64,000 nucleotides of DNA from Lytechinus pictus (taxonomy: Eukaryota): assembly GCF_037042905.1 (NCBI RefSeq), contig NC_087246.1, positions 45,632,001-45,696,000 of the forward strand, written 5' to 3'. Both the position numbers and the translations under genes were made by a program. The notes below the pieces were generated by a model. That model had not been told where the DNA came from, did no database searches, and saw only the letters and a list, made by a program, of their open reading frames with translations. Shown here one piece after another: positions 60,289 through 64,000 of the stretch (position 1 is the first letter of the stretch; each line of letters opens with the position of its first letter).

Positions 60289-63200
60289 GGCGCCGAATGT
60301 ACCAATATTATATAGAACAATTATTTGTTATATAATCATTATTTATTAAATAATAACTATTATTTATATATAATTTACATTTTATTTGTAAATAACTACT
60401 ATTATATAAAATATCATTTCTAATTATTTATATATAATTCCAAGTAATACTTCATTATTTGTAATTAATAATAGTTCGACATTCCATTATTTATAAATAA
60501 TGATTATTTGTTTTTCATTTAATATTTATAAATAATGATTATTTGTTTTTCATTATTTATAAATAATGATTATTTGTTTTTCATTATTTACAAATAATGA
60601 TTATTTGTTTTTCATTATTTATAAATAATGATTATTTGTTTTTCATTATTTACAAATAATGATTATTTGTTTTTCATTATTTATAAATAATGATTATTTG
60701 TTTTTCATTATTTATAAATAATGATTATTTGTTTTTCATTATTTACAAATAATGATTATTTGTTTTTCATTATTTATAAATAATGATTATTTGTTTTTCA
60801 TTATTTATAAATAATTATTATTTGTTTTTCATTATTTACAAATAATGATTATTTGTTTTTCATTATTTATAAATAATGATTATTTGTTTTTCATTATTTA
60901 TAAATAATTTGTTGAGTTTTCCATTATTTATAAATAATGATTATTTGTTAAATAATGAAAACGTCTACTTCATTATTTATAAATAATTTTTTCGAGTGCA
61001 CCTTTATTCTCATTATTTATAAATAATCATTATTTAATGTTCGAGTTTTCCATTATTTATAAATAAAGATTATTTGTTAAATAATGAAATATCTACTTCA
61101 TTATTTATAAATAATAATTTTGTTTCAATATCCCATTATTTATAAATAATCATTATTTATAAACAATTTTTACAGTTTGCCATTATATACAAATAATCAT
61201 TATTTATATACAAATAACCATTATTTATTAAATAATGCCATTATTTATTAAATAATGCCATTATTTATTAAATAATGGAAAACTCGCTATAACATGCAAA
61301 TGTGGGACCGCCCATGATATGAATATTCATGATGCGATTTCCTTTTTCGTGATTTTTCTTCACAAATTTTTGTCCATTTCCTCTTCATAATGACATTTCT
61401 TGAAGCAATTTTCTAGGGATATGGTCTGATTGTAATATTCTTCATTTTCTATATAACTTCGTCTTCGTAGAAATATCAAAAAGTGTAATTTTATACGATT
61501 TTTCCTACAGTTCACATTCCCCATAGGCGCGCGTGTACGGTAGGGACAACCGGTGAATCGACGGAGTGCTCTTCATCGAAATACTACGTTGGTTGGTCCC
61601 CGGAAGTGGCGGGCGGAATTTAGCCCGAATCCTCGATGGAAGTCGATCAAGTGCATATGAGCTGAGAGAGTGAAATATCAGTGTACTTAATTGTACAGGC
61701 CCTTCTACTTTATTTCTTGTTGCTTTTTTTGTTAAGTTAATTTTTCCTGGTGTAGAGATAAGTTTCAGTTCTAATAATGCACTTCAAATACATTTTGGAG
61801 TGTTTGAGGCGCTTGGGGCGATTTCACCCTGGCCCCAAAATGCTCGCAACGACAATACGGGGGCATGATGACCCCTAAATTTTTAAAAACTTATTTTTCT
61901 ATTGAAAATTATCACAAAATTCACCAAAAGTGTGCACGAAAGCCTTCGTATTTCACTTTTAAAACTCCAAAAAGTGCCCAAATGACAAGCTTGGTCGCTT
62001 CGCTGTGTCGCTTTCAACTTGAGAACGTTTACGCGTCTGCTTCCCCCCCCCCCCCCTCCTCCGAAAGAAATTCTGTATACGGCCATGCTGTAAAGAGCCT
62101 GGCACATTGATTTATGTATACTTCATTTTCATTATTTTTATCTCATTATCATCATGGCCTTACGCAGAATTTTTTCCGGGGGGGGGGGTGGGGGGAGCAG
62201 GACGCGCGTAAACTTTCTCATAAAAATCTTGAAAAAGCGAAGCGACCAAGCTTGTCATTTGAGCTTGGTCGCGTCGCTGTCTCGCTTTCAAGATTTTTTT
62301 GAGAAAGTTTACGCGCGTCATGCTCCGGCCCCGGCCCCCCTGGAAAAAAATTCTGCGTAAGGCCATGTTGATAATGAGATAAAAATAATGAAAATGAAAG
62401 TATACATAAATCAATGTGCCAGGCTCTTTAGAGCATGGCCGTATACAGAATTTCTTTCGGAGGAGGGGGGGGGGGAAGCAGACGCGTAAACGTTCTCAAG
62501 TTGAAAGCGACACAGCGAAGCGACCAAGCTTGTCATTTGGGCACTTTTTGGAGTTTTAAAAGTGAAATACGAAGGCTTTCATGCACACTTTTGGTGAATT
62601 TTGTGATAATTTTCAATAGAAAAATAAGTTTTTAAAAATTTAGGGGTCATCATGCCCCCGTATTGTCGTTGCGAGCATTTTGGGGCCAGGGTGAAATCGC
62701 CCCAAACGCCTCAGACACTCCAAAATGTATTTGAAGTGCATTATTAGAACTGAAACTTATCTCTACACCAGGAAAAATTAACTTAACAAAAAAAGCAACA
62801 AGAAATAAAGTAGAAGGGCCTGTACAATTAAGTACACTGATATTTCACTCTCTCAGCTCATATGCACTTGATCGACTTCCATCGAGGATTCGGGCTAAAT
62901 TCCGCCCGCCACTTCCGGGGACCAACCAACGTAGTATTTCGATGAAGAGCACTCCGTCGATTCACCGGTTGTCCCTACCGTACACGCGCGCCTATGGGGA
63001 TTGTGAACTGTAGGAAAAATCGTATAAAATTACACTTTTTGATATTTCTACGAAGACGAAGTTATATAGAAAATGAAGAATATTACAATCAGACCATATC
63101 CCTAGAAAATTGCTTCAAGAAATGTCATTATGAAGAGGAAATGGACAAAAATTTGTGAAGAAAAATCACGAAAAAGGAAATTGCATCATGAATATTCATA

Positions 63201-64000
63201 TCATGGGCGGTCCCACATTTGCATGTTATAGCGAGTTTTCCATTATTTAATAAATAATGGCATTATTTAATAAATAATGGCATTATTTAATAAATAATGG
63301 CATTATTTGATAAATAATGGTTATTTGTATATAAATAATGATTATTTGTATATAATGGCAAACTGTAAAAATTGTTTATAAATAATGATTATTTATAAAT
63401 AATGGGATATTGAAACAAAATTATTATTTATAAATAATGAAGTAGATATTTCATTATTTAACAAATAATCTTTATTTATAAATAATGGAAAACTCGAACA
63501 TCAAATAATGATTATTTATAAATAATGAGAATAAAGGTGCACTCGAAAAAATTATTTATAAATAATGAAGTAGACGTTTTCATTATTTAACAAATAATTA
63601 TTATTTATAAATAATGGAAAACTCAACAAATTATTTATAAATAATGAAAAACAAATAATCATTATTTATAAATAATGAAAAACGAATAATCATTATTTAT
63701 AAATAATGAAAAACAAATAATCATTATTTATAAATAATGAAAAACAAATAATCATTATTTGTAAATAATGAAAAACAAATAATCATTATTTATAAATAAT
63801 GAAAAACAAATAATCATTATTTATAAATAATGAAAAACAAATAATCATTATTTATAAATAATGAAAAACAAATAATCATTATTTGTAAATAATGAAAAAC
63901 AAATAATCATTATTTATAAATAATGAAAAACAAATAATCATTATTTGTAAATAATGAAAAACAAATAATCATTATTTATAAATAATGAAAAACAAATAAT
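60289..64000. mobile_element. Giant near-perfect palindrome / Foldback-like element centred at ~62260; right end outside the window
   Basis: 62101-62110 pairs with 62411-62420, and the symmetry continues to 64000 with only scattered mismatches; outer domain of 31-bp tandem repeats; left boundary approximate. Confidence 0.8.
60485..60910. repeat. 31-bp AT-rich tandem repeat containing the palindrome cattatttataaataatg (mirrored at ~63630-64000)
   Basis: Period 31 (60551, 60582, ...); decays inward into degenerate cattattta motifs. Confidence 0.92.

Overview
AT-rich, repeat-dense metazoan DNA, most likely an echinoderm such as a sea urchin (inferred from the SINE/MITE repertoire and the intronless GPCR cluster). 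(1) 1.4-18.6 kb: three class-A GPCRs, each with a single coding exon. One is on +; two are on - and arose from a ~7-8 kb tandem duplication. All three have an aminergic-like scaffold but lack Asp3.32 and the TM3-ECL2 disulfide, and all carry Arg at 2.60, 5.46 and 7.39. (2) 26.9->53.8 kb, - strand: 12 frame-consistent exons, assembled by hand, of a type-I membrane protein (CAP/SCP C-terminus - EGF - ShKT - mucin repeat - EGF - SEA-like region with furin sites - TM - SSQF tail). Its 5' exons were not found in the window. (3) The last intron of this gene holds a 14.3-kb non-autonomous Foldback/Mutator-like element (27320-41619, perfect 9-bp TSD ATTTTTCAT). Its multi-kb inverted arms are tandem arrays of ~385-bp units, each re-creating the element's own terminus as a hairpin. 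(4) From ~60.3 kb to beyond the window end: a near-perfect palindrome centred at ~62260, with 31-bp tandem repeats outermost. Also many MITEs with verifiable TSDs, tRNA-derived SINEs, LINE relics and a 131-N gap.
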